Counted from the first letter of the stretch, positions 15,251-24,694 are shown. The stretch: DNA of 37,878 nucleotides from a virus (IMGVR_UViG_3300020045_005114:1-37878), one strand, 5' to 3'. Translations and numbers: made by a program. The notes: a model not told the origin generated them from the sequence alone.

Positions 15251-17570
15251 TGTCTGCTGTTGTTATATTGTTATCCGCTGTTATTATATTATTGTCTGCT
15301 GTTACTATTCGTGGCGCTTGTTGACAAAATATATCTATTACTTGTAATGTTGTTGTATTAGTAATTGAAACATTTGTCGAACGTGTTGCACCCGTGTTAT
15401 TTTCTTCAAATGCAAAGTAAACATTATCGCCTGAACTTGTCAAAGAAAGCCATGTTCCTGACTCTATTATATAACTATATCCTGCAAGATTTGTTATTGT
15501 AACGGTTTGAGTTTGCGCTCTATAATCTGCATATAATACATTTACATCAGCATTAAATCCATTGATTGTATTATCAAAAGAGTTAATTAAATTAAGAGAT
15601 ACTTCACCACTTAAAAGATTAATATTATAGTTATCAATCCTATAATAATCATGTTTTATCTGTAAAACATCATTCAATTTTAATTGCGTTAATATCCTTA
15701 ACGGTAAAATTGCTTTATATTTAAAATTCCTACGCTTAATATTAAATACTGAGTCTACATAATCTTTATGATAGTTTTTATATAAGGTATTTTCCGAAGC
15801 TACACCGTTCCATTCATTATTTTCTATGCCAAAAACTAAGTTGTATTGCGGATTAATAAAGTCAATTGAGTGACTTGCTATGTTAACGCTTCCGTTAATT
15901 AACTCTTTGCCACCTATATCGTTTATAAATCCTAAAGTTTTAGTTCCTACCGTTGTCGATACGTTATAAAATAAATGTACTTTTGGATTTACGGGTGTAA
16001 TTGTTTCGTCAAATATCCCTCCGTACATTATATTTGTATTGATATTGTCTTTTAAATCGATTAATCTTTCATAAACAATTTGCTCAAAAGGTAATTCATA
16101 AGATAAACTTTCGCCATCTAAGGGTTTACCAGTAGCTGTGCCATCATCTGTTAAAATTGTTTCCTCATCACCATAAGACAAACCAGTATTTACTTTAAAT
16201 TGTTTGTTTAAAATAGTGATAGGCTCTTGAAACTTAAATTTAATTTCATTTAATAACGAACCCCTTTCAATATCTATTGAATTATCGTTTATGTATTTAG
16301 AAATATTCCAAATTGAACCCTTAGAATAGAAACTTTTTAAAGTATCAACATAAATATTATCGTATTCATCAGCAATTACCACCAATTTAAACATTTTAAA
16401 TAATCCGTTTAAGAAGTCAATTATCTTTATCTTAGGTAAATTATTAATTACTTGTAACTGTCCTGTAATTGTTTGTTGTGGGAATGTAGCTGACATTCTA
16501 TAACTTTCATATCTAAACTCAATCGTTAACTTACTTGTGAATTTAAATTCTTGATTTGCTGAAATATACCAAGAATGTTTTTGTCCTGTATTTCTTTCGA
16601 TGTCAAAATAAAATACATCCGTTCCCGTACTTTGACTAAATCCACCTGCTAAATTTCCATCGATTGTATGTTCAATATTATACTTTACATTTTCATACCC
16701 CAAAGCTGGCACTATATCGATAAGCGAATAAATCCTTTTACCACCTGCCACAAAAGTATCTTCTACTATATCAACTACACCACCTCTACCATCAATATCG
16801 CCTGTATTAGTGAAGTCCATTCTGACTTTATTATTTTGGGTATTGACTAAATTAGAATCGTTGTTAAGCCAAATAAATAACTCTGTAAAATCAGTACGCC
16901 CGAAAAAGTCACGTGAAAAAGTTACCCCGTATTTTGTTTCGATGGCTTCAATAATATTTAAGACTCTTAAAGCTGGTCGTAACTCATTCCAAGTTAAACC
17001 TGTGTTTGCACTTAAAGGCAAGTATGATATATTAGCTAACTTATCCGTATTAGTTCCCTCTTGTGATGAATCATAATATAATTGCTTTTTAACGAACAAC
17101 GGATAAATTAAATTTCCACTAAACAAACTTGAAGTCAAACCTGTTTTAACATTTGCAGGATTAAAAGTGTGTTGAAATTCTGAAAAGTCCAAAGAACTTA
17201 ACTCATCATTTTTAAGAGTATCTTTTAATGAAACTAAGTTACCCCAAAAAGTAAGTGTATAGGCATAAGGTCGTCCTTGCTTAACACTAACTTTGTCTAA
17301 TCTAAATTTCCCGTACTTAAAGGGTATGCCATCTAATTCTATTCGCCCATCTTGTTTAACCCTCGCATCAAATGAATTATCTATATTGGCATCGTAATAG
17401 TGTTTAAAAATACGATTGTTTTTATTAGTAGCAGGAACGGTAAAGGAGCGTGAATAATCAGTAGTATTTTTTGTGATATCGTTGATGTTTGCAATAGAGC
17501 TGTTTATCTCTATACTTTCATCTTTGAACCTGTCCAAGTCATCGTTACCTATGTATAATTTTACAACCAT
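15243..17570 (-). CDS. large tail (hub/tip) protein
   Basis: 775 aa; YS.SFTVPA...NN.IFKH, F..GLFKMF.L; C-terminal beta domain and ITADNN repeats. Confidence 0.75.
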   Translation of the reverse strand: MVVKLYIGNDDLDRFKDESIEINSSIANINDITKNTTDYSRSFTVPATNKNNRIFKHYYDANIDNSFDARVKQDGRIELDGIPFKYGKFRLDKVSVKQGRPYAYTLTFWGNLVSLKDTLKNDELSSLDFSEFQHTFNPANVKTGLTSSLFSGNLIYPLFVKKQLYYDSSQEGTNTDKLANISYLPLSANTGLTWNELRPALRVLNIIEAIETKYGVTFSRDFFGRTDFTELFIWLNNDSNLVNTQNNKVRMDFTNTGDIDGRGGVVDIVEDTFVAGGKRIYSLIDIVPALGYENVKYNIEHTIDGNLAGGFSQSTGTDVFYFDIERNTGQKHSWYISANQEFKFTSKLTIEFRYESYRMSATFPQQTITGQLQVINNLPKIKIIDFLNGLFKMFKLVVIADEYDNIYVDTLKSFYSKGSIWNISKYINDNSIDIERGSLLNEIKFKFQEPITILNKQFKVNTGLSYGDEETILTDDGTATGKPLDGESLSYELPFEQIVYERLIDLKDNINTNIMYGGIFDETITPVNPKVHLFYNVSTTVGTKTLGFINDIGGKELINGSVNIASHSIDFINPQYNLVFGIENNEWNGVASENTLYKNYHKDYVDSVFNIKRRNFKYKAILPLRILTQLKLNDVLQIKHDYYRIDNYNINLLSGEVSLNLINSFDNTINGFNADVNVLYADYRAQTQTVTITNLAGYSYIIESGTWLSLTSSGDNVYFAFEENNTGATRSTNVSITNTTTLQVIDIFCQQAPRIVTADNNIITADNNITTADNG

Positions 17571-18644
17571 CTATATATTGTTAACATCGTTAAATGCGTA
17601 TTCAAACTCCATTTCGTAATTAATCAAACGGTCTTTTTGTCGTGTCTTATATTCCAAAGATTTAGTCCCTAATTTCAAAGGAATGTAATCAGTCCCATCG
17701 GTAACCTGCCAAACTCGTTCGGATAAAAGTAATTGTTTATAAGAGTCATTTACTGATTCATTTACAAATCCACTATTGATTTTAAACTTAGATTTACCCT
17801 GAACGTTATACGTTACATATTGATGATAACCTACATTTGGTTGTCCTCTGTCGTTTTCGTATTCCTCACTTGTTACATTTGTAGAGTCTGTTTTTGCCTT
17901 AAAAAATGTAAGCAATTGCAACGCACCCTCTTTATTTTGAAAGGCCATGTCAATCGGAGTGTATCTGCATTCGTCCTGAACCAATAACGTACACGTATAG
18001 TCTAACTCTGGGATTGTAATTTCAATAACATTATCATCTAAAGTATCTATAACATTTACCCATATGTTTTTGATTAATTGCGAACTGTTAGTAGTGGGCG
18101 ATATAATAGTGCTATAATTTAAAGTGTTTATTGGATATGATTTTACGCTTAATGAATAAGATAAAGTTTCACTTATCATTAAAGGCAAACAAAAGAAACC
18201 GTTTCGATTTACTTTAAACTCGTCACCTGATAAAAGCACCCCACTCGATTGAGCATTTTCACCATCTAATCCATAACCGTAACCACGTGTTAATAATTGG
18301 ACACTTTCTAATTGAACCACATCTAAATCTAATTCGTTATCAGTCGTATAAATCACTTGTGTTTTAACCCATGCCTGATTGTTTCCGTTATAGACTCCTG
18401 TTATAGTCATTTCATTAGGCATGAAATCTATATAATCATTTACTAATCGTGCTATATTTACTTTATCATTACCGCCTGAGCCAGTCGGATTTTTCTTTGT
18501 AACCCGATAAACTGACTCGGTAGGTACACTTGCTTTCAATCCATCCCAAATAAATACTTGTAATGTGTAAGAAGTACATATAGCATCAGTCAGCGGACTT
18601 GTAAATGGTATCTCTAAGTAATAAGGCGATAAACTTTTTATCAT
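17571..18644 (-). CDS. tail protein (distal-tail-like)
   Basis: F.NK.GA, NSGFV.E, LLLSE.VW, LINY..EF motifs; position in tail module. Confidence 0.65.
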   Translation of the reverse strand: MIKSLSPYYLEIPFTSPLTDAICTSYTLQVFIWDGLKASVPTESVYRVTKKNPTGSGGNDKVNIARLVNDYIDFMPNEMTITGVYNGNNQAWVKTQVIYTTDNELDLDVVQLESVQLLTRGYGYGLDGENAQSSGVLLSGDEFKVNRNGFFCLPLMISETLSYSLSVKSYPINTLNYSTIISPTTNSSQLIKNIWVNVIDTLDDNVIEITIPELDYTCTLLVQDECRYTPIDMAFQNKEGALQLLTFFKAKTDSTNVTSEEYENDRGQPNVGYHQYVTYNVQGKSKFKINSGFVNESVNDSYKQLLLSERVWQVTDGTDYIPLKLGTKSLEYKTRQKDRLINYEMEFEYAFNDVNNI

Positions 18645-19168
18645 AATTTTAATGCTATTTTTAATTTCTCATCAACTTCCAAAGAGTAAGCCATATATAT
18701 ATCGTCTGGCAATCTTTGAAAGGCTTGTTCGTATGGTTTAGTAAAAAAGTTTGTTGTTGCAATTCCTTTATTCCAAATCGAACGCATTATCAAAAATGCA
18801 GTTGATTTATAACTTAGAAACTTACCTGTTTTTTTATCTTTAAATTGAATGCGTTTTCTTGACACCCAACCGTTAATGCCATTTGTTAATCCTCCTTTTT
18901 TTCCTGTTCCTGTTCCGAACTTAAACGGACTTAACGGTGCTTTTGCTGAACTACTAACTCCTTTTACCCCTTTATCTACAAACTCCCAGTAGTCATCAGC
19001 ATTCCCAAACGTAAAAGATAAAGTAGTTATGTTGTCGTTGCTTTCAACTTTATAATTAACGCCATCATACAACGCACTTGTATCTTTCTTTTTTCTTTTA
19101 GATAAGTTAGATTTAGCCTGTTGTTTAACATACTTACCGAACTTATCTAACTCATTAGCTACCGACAT
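18641..19168 (-). CDS. neck / tail-completion protein (HK97 gp10-like)
   Basis: Basic; Y..FVDKGV.G, AFLI.RSI..KGI..T.FF.KP. Confidence 0.6.
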   Translation of the reverse strand: MSVANELDKFGKYVKQQAKSNLSKRKKKDTSALYDGVNYKVESNDNITTLSFTFGNADDYWEFVDKGVKGVSSSAKAPLSPFKFGTGTGKKGGLTNGINGWVSRKRIQFKDKKTGKFLSYKSTAFLIMRSIWNKGIATTNFFTKPYEQAFQRLPDDIYMAYSLEVDEKLKIALKL

Positions 19169-19170
19169 AA

Positions 19171-19245
19171 TTAGTATTTATCAAAAAGCATTCTCGCTAC
19201 CCATCCAACCGCTATCAATCCAACTATTAAAAATAAATTATACAT
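19171..19245 (-). CDS. 24-aa membrane peptide MYNLFLIVGLIAVGWVARMLFDKY
   Basis: Read manually; fills intergenic gap; single TM. Confidence 0.5.
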   Translation of the reverse strand: MYNLFLIVGLIAVGWVARMLFDKY

Positions 19246-19261
19246 AACTTTATATTTTAAA

Positions 19262-19723
19262 TTAAACGATTTCACATAATGATAATTCCGTATTTGGAAC
19301 TTCTACTTCAAAAGATAAACGAACGCCATCTAATAATTTAGCACCCTCAAACGAACCTAATTCAAACGATGGATTTTCGCTAGAGGTGATATTATTGTCT
19401 TCAAAATCAGCATACATTTTAAGCCACATTCTGTTTAAAATTGCAATACAAAGATTGTGATTATCTACTTCATTATCGTTTCCGAAAAAGTTATCTTCAT
19501 TAATTTCTTTATTAATATCCCTTTGATTAAAGCATGATAATTCTATATTGAAGTTAACTGTTTGACCGTTAGTGAACCCTCCAGAAACTATGTTAATATT
19601 AACCAATGGGTACATGATTTCTTTTTTCAAATCAATATCCTGAGTTTTCATAACAGAATTTACCGAACTATCCGACTCAGCTAATTGCTTAAGATATAGA
19701 TATAACTGTGTTAGTTGATTCAT
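19262..19723 (-). CDS. tail terminator-like protein
   Basis: Acidic, 153 aa; IDL.K...YPLV.I motif. Confidence 0.6.
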   Translation of the reverse strand: MNQLTQLYLYLKQLAESDSSVNSVMKTQDIDLKKEIMYPLVNINIVSGGFTNGQTVNFNIELSCFNQRDINKEINEDNFFGNDNEVDNHNLCIAILNRMWLKMYADFEDNNITSSENPSFELGSFEGAKLLDGVRLSFEVEVPNTELSLCEIV

Positions 19724-19993
19724 TATAATTCGATTGTATTAGTATTATTATTCATAATCTTATGTTTTAATTTCTGCTTATCAATTTTGTGAGCTAAGAA
19801 AATATGCACCTCATGAACATTCATTTTTAATATAGTATCTATTTTCCATATTTTACCCTTTGCCAGTTCTTCTATTGTAGCATACCATCCCCACTTTTCG
19901 AAATAGTTTCCTGCGTTTCTTCCCTCACTTGTTCCACCATCATATATTTCTGGGTATAATTGATTAATTCGTTCGCTAAACTCGAAAAAAAAA
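19723..19993 (-). CDS. -1 frameshift extension of tail chaperone (GT-like)
   Basis: -1 frame is open from the T9 run (19985-19993): FFEFSERINQLYPEIY...FEKWGWYATIEELAKG...NTIEL*; its stop overlaps the next ATG. Confidence 0.75.
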
Positions 19994-20474
19994 CCAATGA
20001 ACCGTTAACAATAGATAAAGGCATGTGTTTCATTATGTCGGAATACTGCTTAGTTCCTGTATAATTAGCTATTTCATAATTACCTAAAATATCTTTCTTT
20101 TTAATAGGTCGAAATAAAACAGCCATTAGCTTATGTAAGTTTTCAACGCTTGAACCGTGTGTAGATATATCCACGAACTCCCCCTGAGTAATCTTATCAA
20201 AGTCCGTTATAAATCCAAATTCAACATCTTTAATAAAAAATGTAGGTTTAAAATCGACTGTTTGATTTAATGCTAAATCTATCTGAGTTAACATCATTTT
20301 ATAATCAACTGAACCAATCAACTCTATTCTATTGCGCTCTATTCCTGTAAAGATTTGAATCTTTCTTTTATTAAAATTGTATTCGTCTAAATCATCACGC
20401 TGTAATAACTCATCGTATTGCTGATATTGCAATAAAGTTATATCGTGAATTGATTCTGGAAGTGTTACTTGCAT
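19872..20474 (-). CDS. tail assembly chaperone (G-like)
   Basis: ITL.QYQ, FGFI..FD.I..GEF.D, LH..MAVLFRPI; slippery T9 near 3' end. Confidence 0.7.
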   Translation of the reverse strand: MQVTLPESIHDITLLQYQQYDELLQRDDLDEYNFNKRKIQIFTGIERNRIELIGSVDYKMMLTQIDLALNQTVDFKPTFFIKDVEFGFITDFDKITQGEFVDISTHGSSVENLHKLMAVLFRPIKKKDILGNYEIANYTGTKQYSDIMKHMPLSIVNGSLVFFSSLANELINYTQKYMMVEQVREETQETISKSGDGMLQ

Positions 20475-20477
20475 ATC

Positions 20478-20507
20478 TTATAAACTATTTATTTGCTTTT
20501 TTGTTAT
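20478..20507 (-). promoter_or_regulatory. putative late promoter TAAC-N17-GTTT
   Basis: Minus strand TAAC-aaaaaagcaaataaata-GTTTATAA just before the ATG at 20474. Confidence 0.65.
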
Positions 20508-21703
20508 CTTATTTCGATTTTATAACCCCCTGTTAAATTATACGATACATTGTATCTTATTGCGTCAATTGCGTGATTCCAATTATCACAAAATAACTTA
20601 CTGCCTTTGTCGGTATAAACATAATTGTTTAACTCTTTACCTATATTCTCACCCTCTACAACTAATTTATAATCCTGCATTAAAGCAATACCAGCGCTAA
20701 TACTACCAGCTCCTTTTGTTGTCGGCACTACTCGACACCCTTGACTAACCAACTCATCAATTAATCGAGGCTCGGCACTATCCGCTACTATTAATTTATT
20801 TCCGCAAATAGACTTATTAATATGTGCTATTTCTGTTGTGGTTAATTTAGGCTTATACAGATGTTCTTTTAAATAAATTATCTTTTTGCTTTTATCAATT
20901 GCAACCTCTATTAATGTTGTAGGGTCGATGCTAAATCCGTAATCTTGACCAAATGAAGTTTGTAAATTATTAGGATTGAACGTGCCAAACTCCCAATTTG
21001 TAAAAACAACACCCTCCGCTTTATCCAACCAACCACCTAATATAACATGGTTGTATTTTTTAGGGTTTGAAGTTTTTACACGTTCTACTTCATCTAAGAA
21101 AGATACATCTAAATTATCGATGTTATCCAAGTAAGTGGTATGAATGTAAGTTACATTTCCTTTCGTTCCGTTAAACCCCTCTTTTATTCCCTCACTCTCA
21201 AAGAATCTTTTATAAATCCAATGTTCCTTAGTGGCGGGATTAAGAATAAGTATTACGCGATTCTGTTTTCCTTTTTGTCTAATTGATAAGTTAATCTTGT
21301 CGAAAACCGTTTCGTCAATTAGTTCCTCAGCTTCATCCAATATCCAAGTCGTAACCCCTTGCAACGATTTAAGGTTTGCTGTTTGGTCACCGCTCGAGGT
21401 CTTTATCCCTTTAAATATTATCTCGCTACCTGACTTCTTATTTTTAATTTCAGATTTGTTTATCTCAAAAAAATCATTCAATTCTAATAAATCTATTTTT
21501 TCTTGAAACTCTGGTATAATAGATAAGTGAGCCGAAGTCATTGTCTGCCTTGTAAATAATATACGATGCCCTGATTCAAACGATAAAAGGCTGGCAAATG
21601 TGCCAACCCCAAAAGATTTACTTGAACCCCTACCACCTGTAATTATAAAAAATCGGGTATCGTTTTCAAATAAACATGAATACTTTTTATTTAGTGTTAT
21701 CAA
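20504..21703 (-). CDS. terL: terminase large subunit, PBSX family
   Basis: GGRGSSKS Walker A, WILDEAEE Walker B, LNP, DYGFS.DP, ADSAEP, NHAIDAIRY. Confidence 0.95.
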   Translation of the reverse strand: MITLNKKYSCLFENDTRFFIITGGRGSSKSFGVGTFASLLSFESGHRILFTRQTMTSAHLSIIPEFQEKIDLLELNDFFEINKSEIKNKKSGSEIIFKGIKTSSGDQTANLKSLQGVTTWILDEAEELIDETVFDKINLSIRQKGKQNRVILILNPATKEHWIYKRFFESEGIKEGFNGTKGNVTYIHTTYLDNIDNLDVSFLDEVERVKTSNPKKYNHVILGGWLDKAEGVVFTNWEFGTFNPNNLQTSFGQDYGFSIDPTTLIEVAIDKSKKIIYLKEHLYKPKLTTTEIAHINKSICGNKLIVADSAEPRLIDELVSQGCRVVPTTKGAGSISAGIALMQDYKLVVEGENIGKELNNYVYTDKGSKLFCDNWNHAIDAIRYNVSYNLTGGYKIEIR

Positions 21704-21955
21704 TTATTTAAAATTAACAATATCTTTTAAATCAAAATTAGAAACCTCTACTTTATTATCAATCGTTTGCTTAGGCATTCCGAAATTATACTGAAAAAAT
21801 AATTTAACCGCCCAATCTTTTTCTCCCTTTAAAGCCTCTGTAAGCGCCTTAAAAGCTAAAGGCTCTAATGGAGTAAGTTTTTCAATTAAACTTTGCTCCT
21901 CTGCCTTGCTTTTACGTCCTGCGCCATCTCTTGCGCCTCCTCTTTTATCTTCCAT
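21704..21955 (-). CDS. terS: putative terminase small subunit
   Basis: RGGAR.GAGRK N-terminus, G.PKQ, directly upstream of terL. Confidence 0.7.
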   Translation of the reverse strand: MEDKRGGARDGAGRKSKAEEQSLIEKLTPLEPLAFKALTEALKGEKDWAVKLFFQYNFGMPKQTIDNKVEVSNFDLKDIVNFK

Positions 21956-21969
21956 TTGAAATAATTTGA

Positions 21970-22332
21970 TTATTCATAACTATCGAATACTTTATCTAAT
22001 TTATCAATCATTGATATTAAAGGCTTAGGACTACAACTTGCACATGGAATCCATAACTGCCTATCGAATACACTTGCATATAACTCACAAACATAGTCTA
22101 CTTGCTCTTTACTTATCGTAAGTGTTCGTACTGTTTTAAAGTCTTTCCAACTATTATATTCATGCTCGGTTAGACATCTTGCCTTAAATCGATAAGGAAA
22201 TAACTCATTTAGCTTTTCTTTTCTTTTATCGCATCCACAATCTTTACCCTCTACGAATATCTGCAATCCAGTTGCATGGATAATCTTTTCAACCGTATCC
22301 CCTAAACCTCTACTTATTCTTACTTTTGCCAT
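21970..22332 (-). CDS. Cys-rich hypothetical protein (likely start MAKV at 22332)
   Basis: GLGDTVEK, DCGCDKRKEKLN, C.SC; the longer ORF-track start overlaps a tRNA-like element. Confidence 0.75.
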   Translation of the reverse strand: MAKVRISRGLGDTVEKIIHATGLQIFVEGKDCGCDKRKEKLNELFPYRFKARCLTEHEYNSWKDFKTVRTLTISKEQVDYVCELYASVFDRQLWIPCASCSPKPLISMIDKLDKVFDSYE

Positions 22333-22348
22333 ATTTATAATTTTAAAA

Positions 22349-22453
22349 CACACTATACAGGACTTGAACCTGTAAACCTAAGAGATAAATTTAACGACGA
22401 CTTTAAGGCGCTTCCGTCAATCTACTGCCGTATTCCATTTCCACCAATAGTGT
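22349..22453 (-). ncRNA. tRNA-like RNA 1 with elongated, aberrant anticodon arm
   Basis: Acceptor ACACTAT/ATAGTGT, D-like TGGTGGAAATGGAATAC, T arm ACAGG-TTCAAGT-CCTGT; no canonical 7-nt anticodon loop. Confidence 0.65.
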
Positions 22454-22490
22454 GTTTATTTATTTTTAACATTATTTTTTATTTTATTAA

Positions 22491-22578
22491 AAGAGTAGAG
22501 AGGAATCGAACCTCCAACAAGTTCTAAATAATTATCTTGTGCATCGTGACCGCATTAACCAATCTCTGCCACTACTCT
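22491..22578 (-). ncRNA. tRNA-like RNA 2 with aberrant anticodon region
   Basis: Acceptor AGAGTAG/CTACTCT, D arm TGGCAGAGATTGGTTAATGC, T arm GGAGG-TTCGATT-CCTCT; internal ACAAG..CTTGT stem with 14-nt loop. Confidence 0.65.
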
Positions 22579-22580
22579 TT

Positions 22581-23057
22581 TTACTTTTGCCATTTCAATC
22601 TTTTATTTTTATACAAATCAATATCATTGCCTAAAACTTTCTTACGTGCTTTATCTAATTCACGATAAATTAAACCATAATCGATAAACTTATATTTTTC
22701 TGCAATTTCTCTAATACTTAAATCGTACGATTCACTAAGCAATCCGAGTTGTAAATAGCTTAGTCTATTACAATCTTCTAACAATCCCACCTCATAATCG
22801 TTTAACTCTAAAACTTCATTGTTATGCGCTAAATTGAAAAACAAGTCTAAAGATACCCTTTGCTTTTTAGATTTTACATAGTCTAAGAATAAGTTTCTAA
22901 TTACTATTATAACGTAAAAATCATTTATTTGTTTTGTCGAATCGTGCAATTTTATATACATATCATTTACTAAATCATCAGCTATCATTCTATCCTTAGA
23001 TATATTTAAGGCTATTTTTCTCCAGTAACTATCTTTTTTTGCAAGTTCTTTTAACAT
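22581..23057 (-). CDS. ECF/sigma-70-like RNA polymerase sigma factor (putative late regulator)
   Basis: Region-2-like ADDLVNDMYIKL..IRNLFLD; region-4 HTH LSIREIAEK; upstream of packaging genes; own TATATTTG at 23078-23085. Confidence 0.75.
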   Translation of the reverse strand: MLKELAKKDSYWRKIALNISKDRMIADDLVNDMYIKLHDSTKQINDFYVIIVIRNLFLDYVKSKKQRVSLDLFFNLAHNNEVLELNDYEVGLLEDCNRLSYLQLGLLSESYDLSIREIAEKYKFIDYGLIYRELDKARKKVLGNDIDLYKNKRLKWQK

Positions 23058-23095
23058 AAGTTATTGATTTATAATTACAAATATAGTGATAATTA

Positions 23096-23503
23096 TTATA
23101 TCTTCTCAAAATTAATTACACATTTCATCCCGTTCTCTTTTGCTTTCAATTGCAAGGCTTCTATTTCTTTCGAGTAGTCTGGTTGTGGTTTAAGGCGATA
23201 TTCTTTGTACGGTTTACATTTATACCATATACCTCTATTATCTCTATACTCCATTTCATTACCACTCCAAATCTTCTCATCCTCCCAACTATCGCAAGCC
23301 TTTAAAAAAATTTCAGCATCGAATGTTTCGTAAACTTCTGAAAGAAATGAAACATTTGTATTCGTTATCGTTCCTGTTTTATAAGAAGAATTATGATTGG
23401 TTAAATAAGGATATTCGCCAAAACTTGCTATATCTTTATATTTAATCCTGTCCTTAATACTATCAAACTGTTCCTGCGTGCATCTCATTGCTATTTTTCT
23501 CAT
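23096..23503 (-). CDS. hypothetical protein
   Basis: ORF in operon. Confidence 0.75.
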   Translation of the reverse strand: MRKIAMRCTQEQFDSIKDRIKYKDIASFGEYPYLTNHNSSYKTGTITNTNVSFLSEVYETFDAEIFLKACDSWEDEKIWSGNEMEYRDNRGIWYKCKPYKEYRLKPQPDYSKEIEALQLKAKENGMKCVINFEKI

Positions 23504-23730
23504 GATTTATTCATTTTAGATTCGTAAATATAATATATTGCTGTTGTTTTTAAAGGATAATATTTACAATTATCCATACTCAAGGATTCAATTTGATTTT
23601 CATTATATAAAGCTCTTTTGTCTTTTGTCTTAACTTTTTTCAAGCCTATTTTATAAATTTTATTCCTAACCGCCTTAACACTTATATTTAATTGTGTGGC
23701 TATCTGGTCAACGTTATAAAGTTTATTCAT
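23500..23730 (-). CDS. small HTH DNA-binding protein
   Basis: YNVDQIATQLNISVKAVRNKI. Confidence 0.65.
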   Translation of the reverse strand: MNKLYNVDQIATQLNISVKAVRNKIYKIGLKKVKTKDKRALYNENQIESLSMDNCKYYPLKTTAIYYIYESKMNKS

Positions 23731-23911
23731 CTTTCCAATCTCTTAAACTTTTTTCAAAATCTAATTCTTCACTAAGTTCCATACCTACTGATATAGCTAT
23801 GTATAAAGCTATACAAAGGACAAATACAATAAGTGATAATAATAATACTCCGATTAATAAAAATTCGTTATTCATAACTTTAATATTTAAATAAGTTTTT
23901 TTGATTCCCAC
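23723..23911 (-). CDS. small membrane protein
   Basis: One long hydrophobic helix; start probably at MNNEF. Confidence 0.55.
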   Translation of the reverse strand: MGIKKTYLNIKVMNNEFLLIGVLLLSLIVFVLCIALYIAISVGMELSEELDFEKSLRDWKDE

Positions 23912-23980
23912 ATAATAATACGGATATATAATCCCAAATTTGCTCTAATTTTTTCATGATGTTTTGGTTTTAAATGTTTA

Positions 23981-24021
23981 AAAAAAGCCTTAAAACTTGC
24001 TATCAGTTCTATTTTAAGGCT
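23981..24021 (-). terminator. intrinsic terminator
   Basis: AGCCTTAAAA...TTTTAAGGCT preceded by an A-run. Confidence 0.55.
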
Positions 24022-24054
24022 ATAACTACTTCTAGTTTTAACGTATTGATATTT

Positions 24055-24312
24055 TCATAATCCTTTTTCTTTTTTAAAAATATATAATACTTCTATTATT
24101 TTAAACAAGCCTCCTTTATGCCAATATAAATTTTCTCCTACTCTTTTTTGAGTTTCTTTAATAACCCATTCAGTAAAATCTATAGCAAACATATCTGTTA
24201 TACCTTCTTGTTTTTTCCAATATCCATATTTTTCAATTAATCTAATTGCTTGACAATCATTTTTGCACAACAGCAAAAACTTTATTGACTCTAATAATTC
24301 TATTTCTTCCAT
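24055..24312 (-). CDS. hypothetical protein (FAI.F.EW...KKEKGL family)
   Basis: C-terminus shared with 31950-32147. Confidence 0.7.
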   Translation of the reverse strand: MEEIELLESIKFLLLCKNDCQAIRLIEKYGYWKKQEGITDMFAIDFTEWVIKETQKRVGENLYWHKGGLFKIIEVLYIFKKEKGL

Positions 24313-24316
24313 AATT

Positions 24317-24502
24317 TTAGATTTTTATTAAATTTTCAATTCTGCAAACAGCTTCTTTTATTGTTAATCTCGGACTGCAAACAGTCCATAATTCTTTTGG
24401 TTTTATTAAAGTCGCTACATAATTACCTGTAATGCTTTTAATTGTGTAAATATGATTATTAGTATTTTTATGTTTTACCCTGTCACCAATATTTAACCCC
24501 AT
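24317..24502 (-). CDS. small SH3/KOW-like hypothetical protein
   Basis: IGDRVKHK N-terminus. Confidence 0.6.
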   Translation of the reverse strand: MGLNIGDRVKHKNTNNHIYTIKSITGNYVATLIKPKELWTVCSPRLTIKEAVCRIENLIKI

Positions 24503-24660
24503 TACACTAAGTGTTTTGGAGTTAAATCAGTACCGAACATTTCAAGGTGTAATTTACAAGCTTCTAATATTTGGATTTTAAATTTTGTATAACCACCTTT
24601 TTTAATTGCTTTTAATTTCAAAGTGTTGATTGCTTTTGTAGATTGTAATTGAGTTGTCAT
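24502..24660 (-). CDS. 52-aa protein (MTTQLQSTKAINTL...), not in ORF track
   Basis: Read manually; first ORF after the promoter at 24695. Confidence 0.6.
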   Translation of the reverse strand: MTTQLQSTKAINTLKLKAIKKGGYTKFKIQILEACKLHLEMFGTDLTPKHLV

Positions 24661-24694
24661 AATTTCTATTTTTTTATTGTTGTTATTTCTTCTA

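Noticed and set aside
15247-15310. 21-bp tandem repeat as CRISPR or regulatory repeat
   Set aside because: It is a coding ITADNN repeat at the end of a tail protein, with no spacers or cas genes.
22349-22578. Functional tRNAs with assignable anticodons, or an attP site
   Set aside because: No canonical anticodon stem-loop could be drawn, and there is no integrase or duplicated tRNA 3' end.
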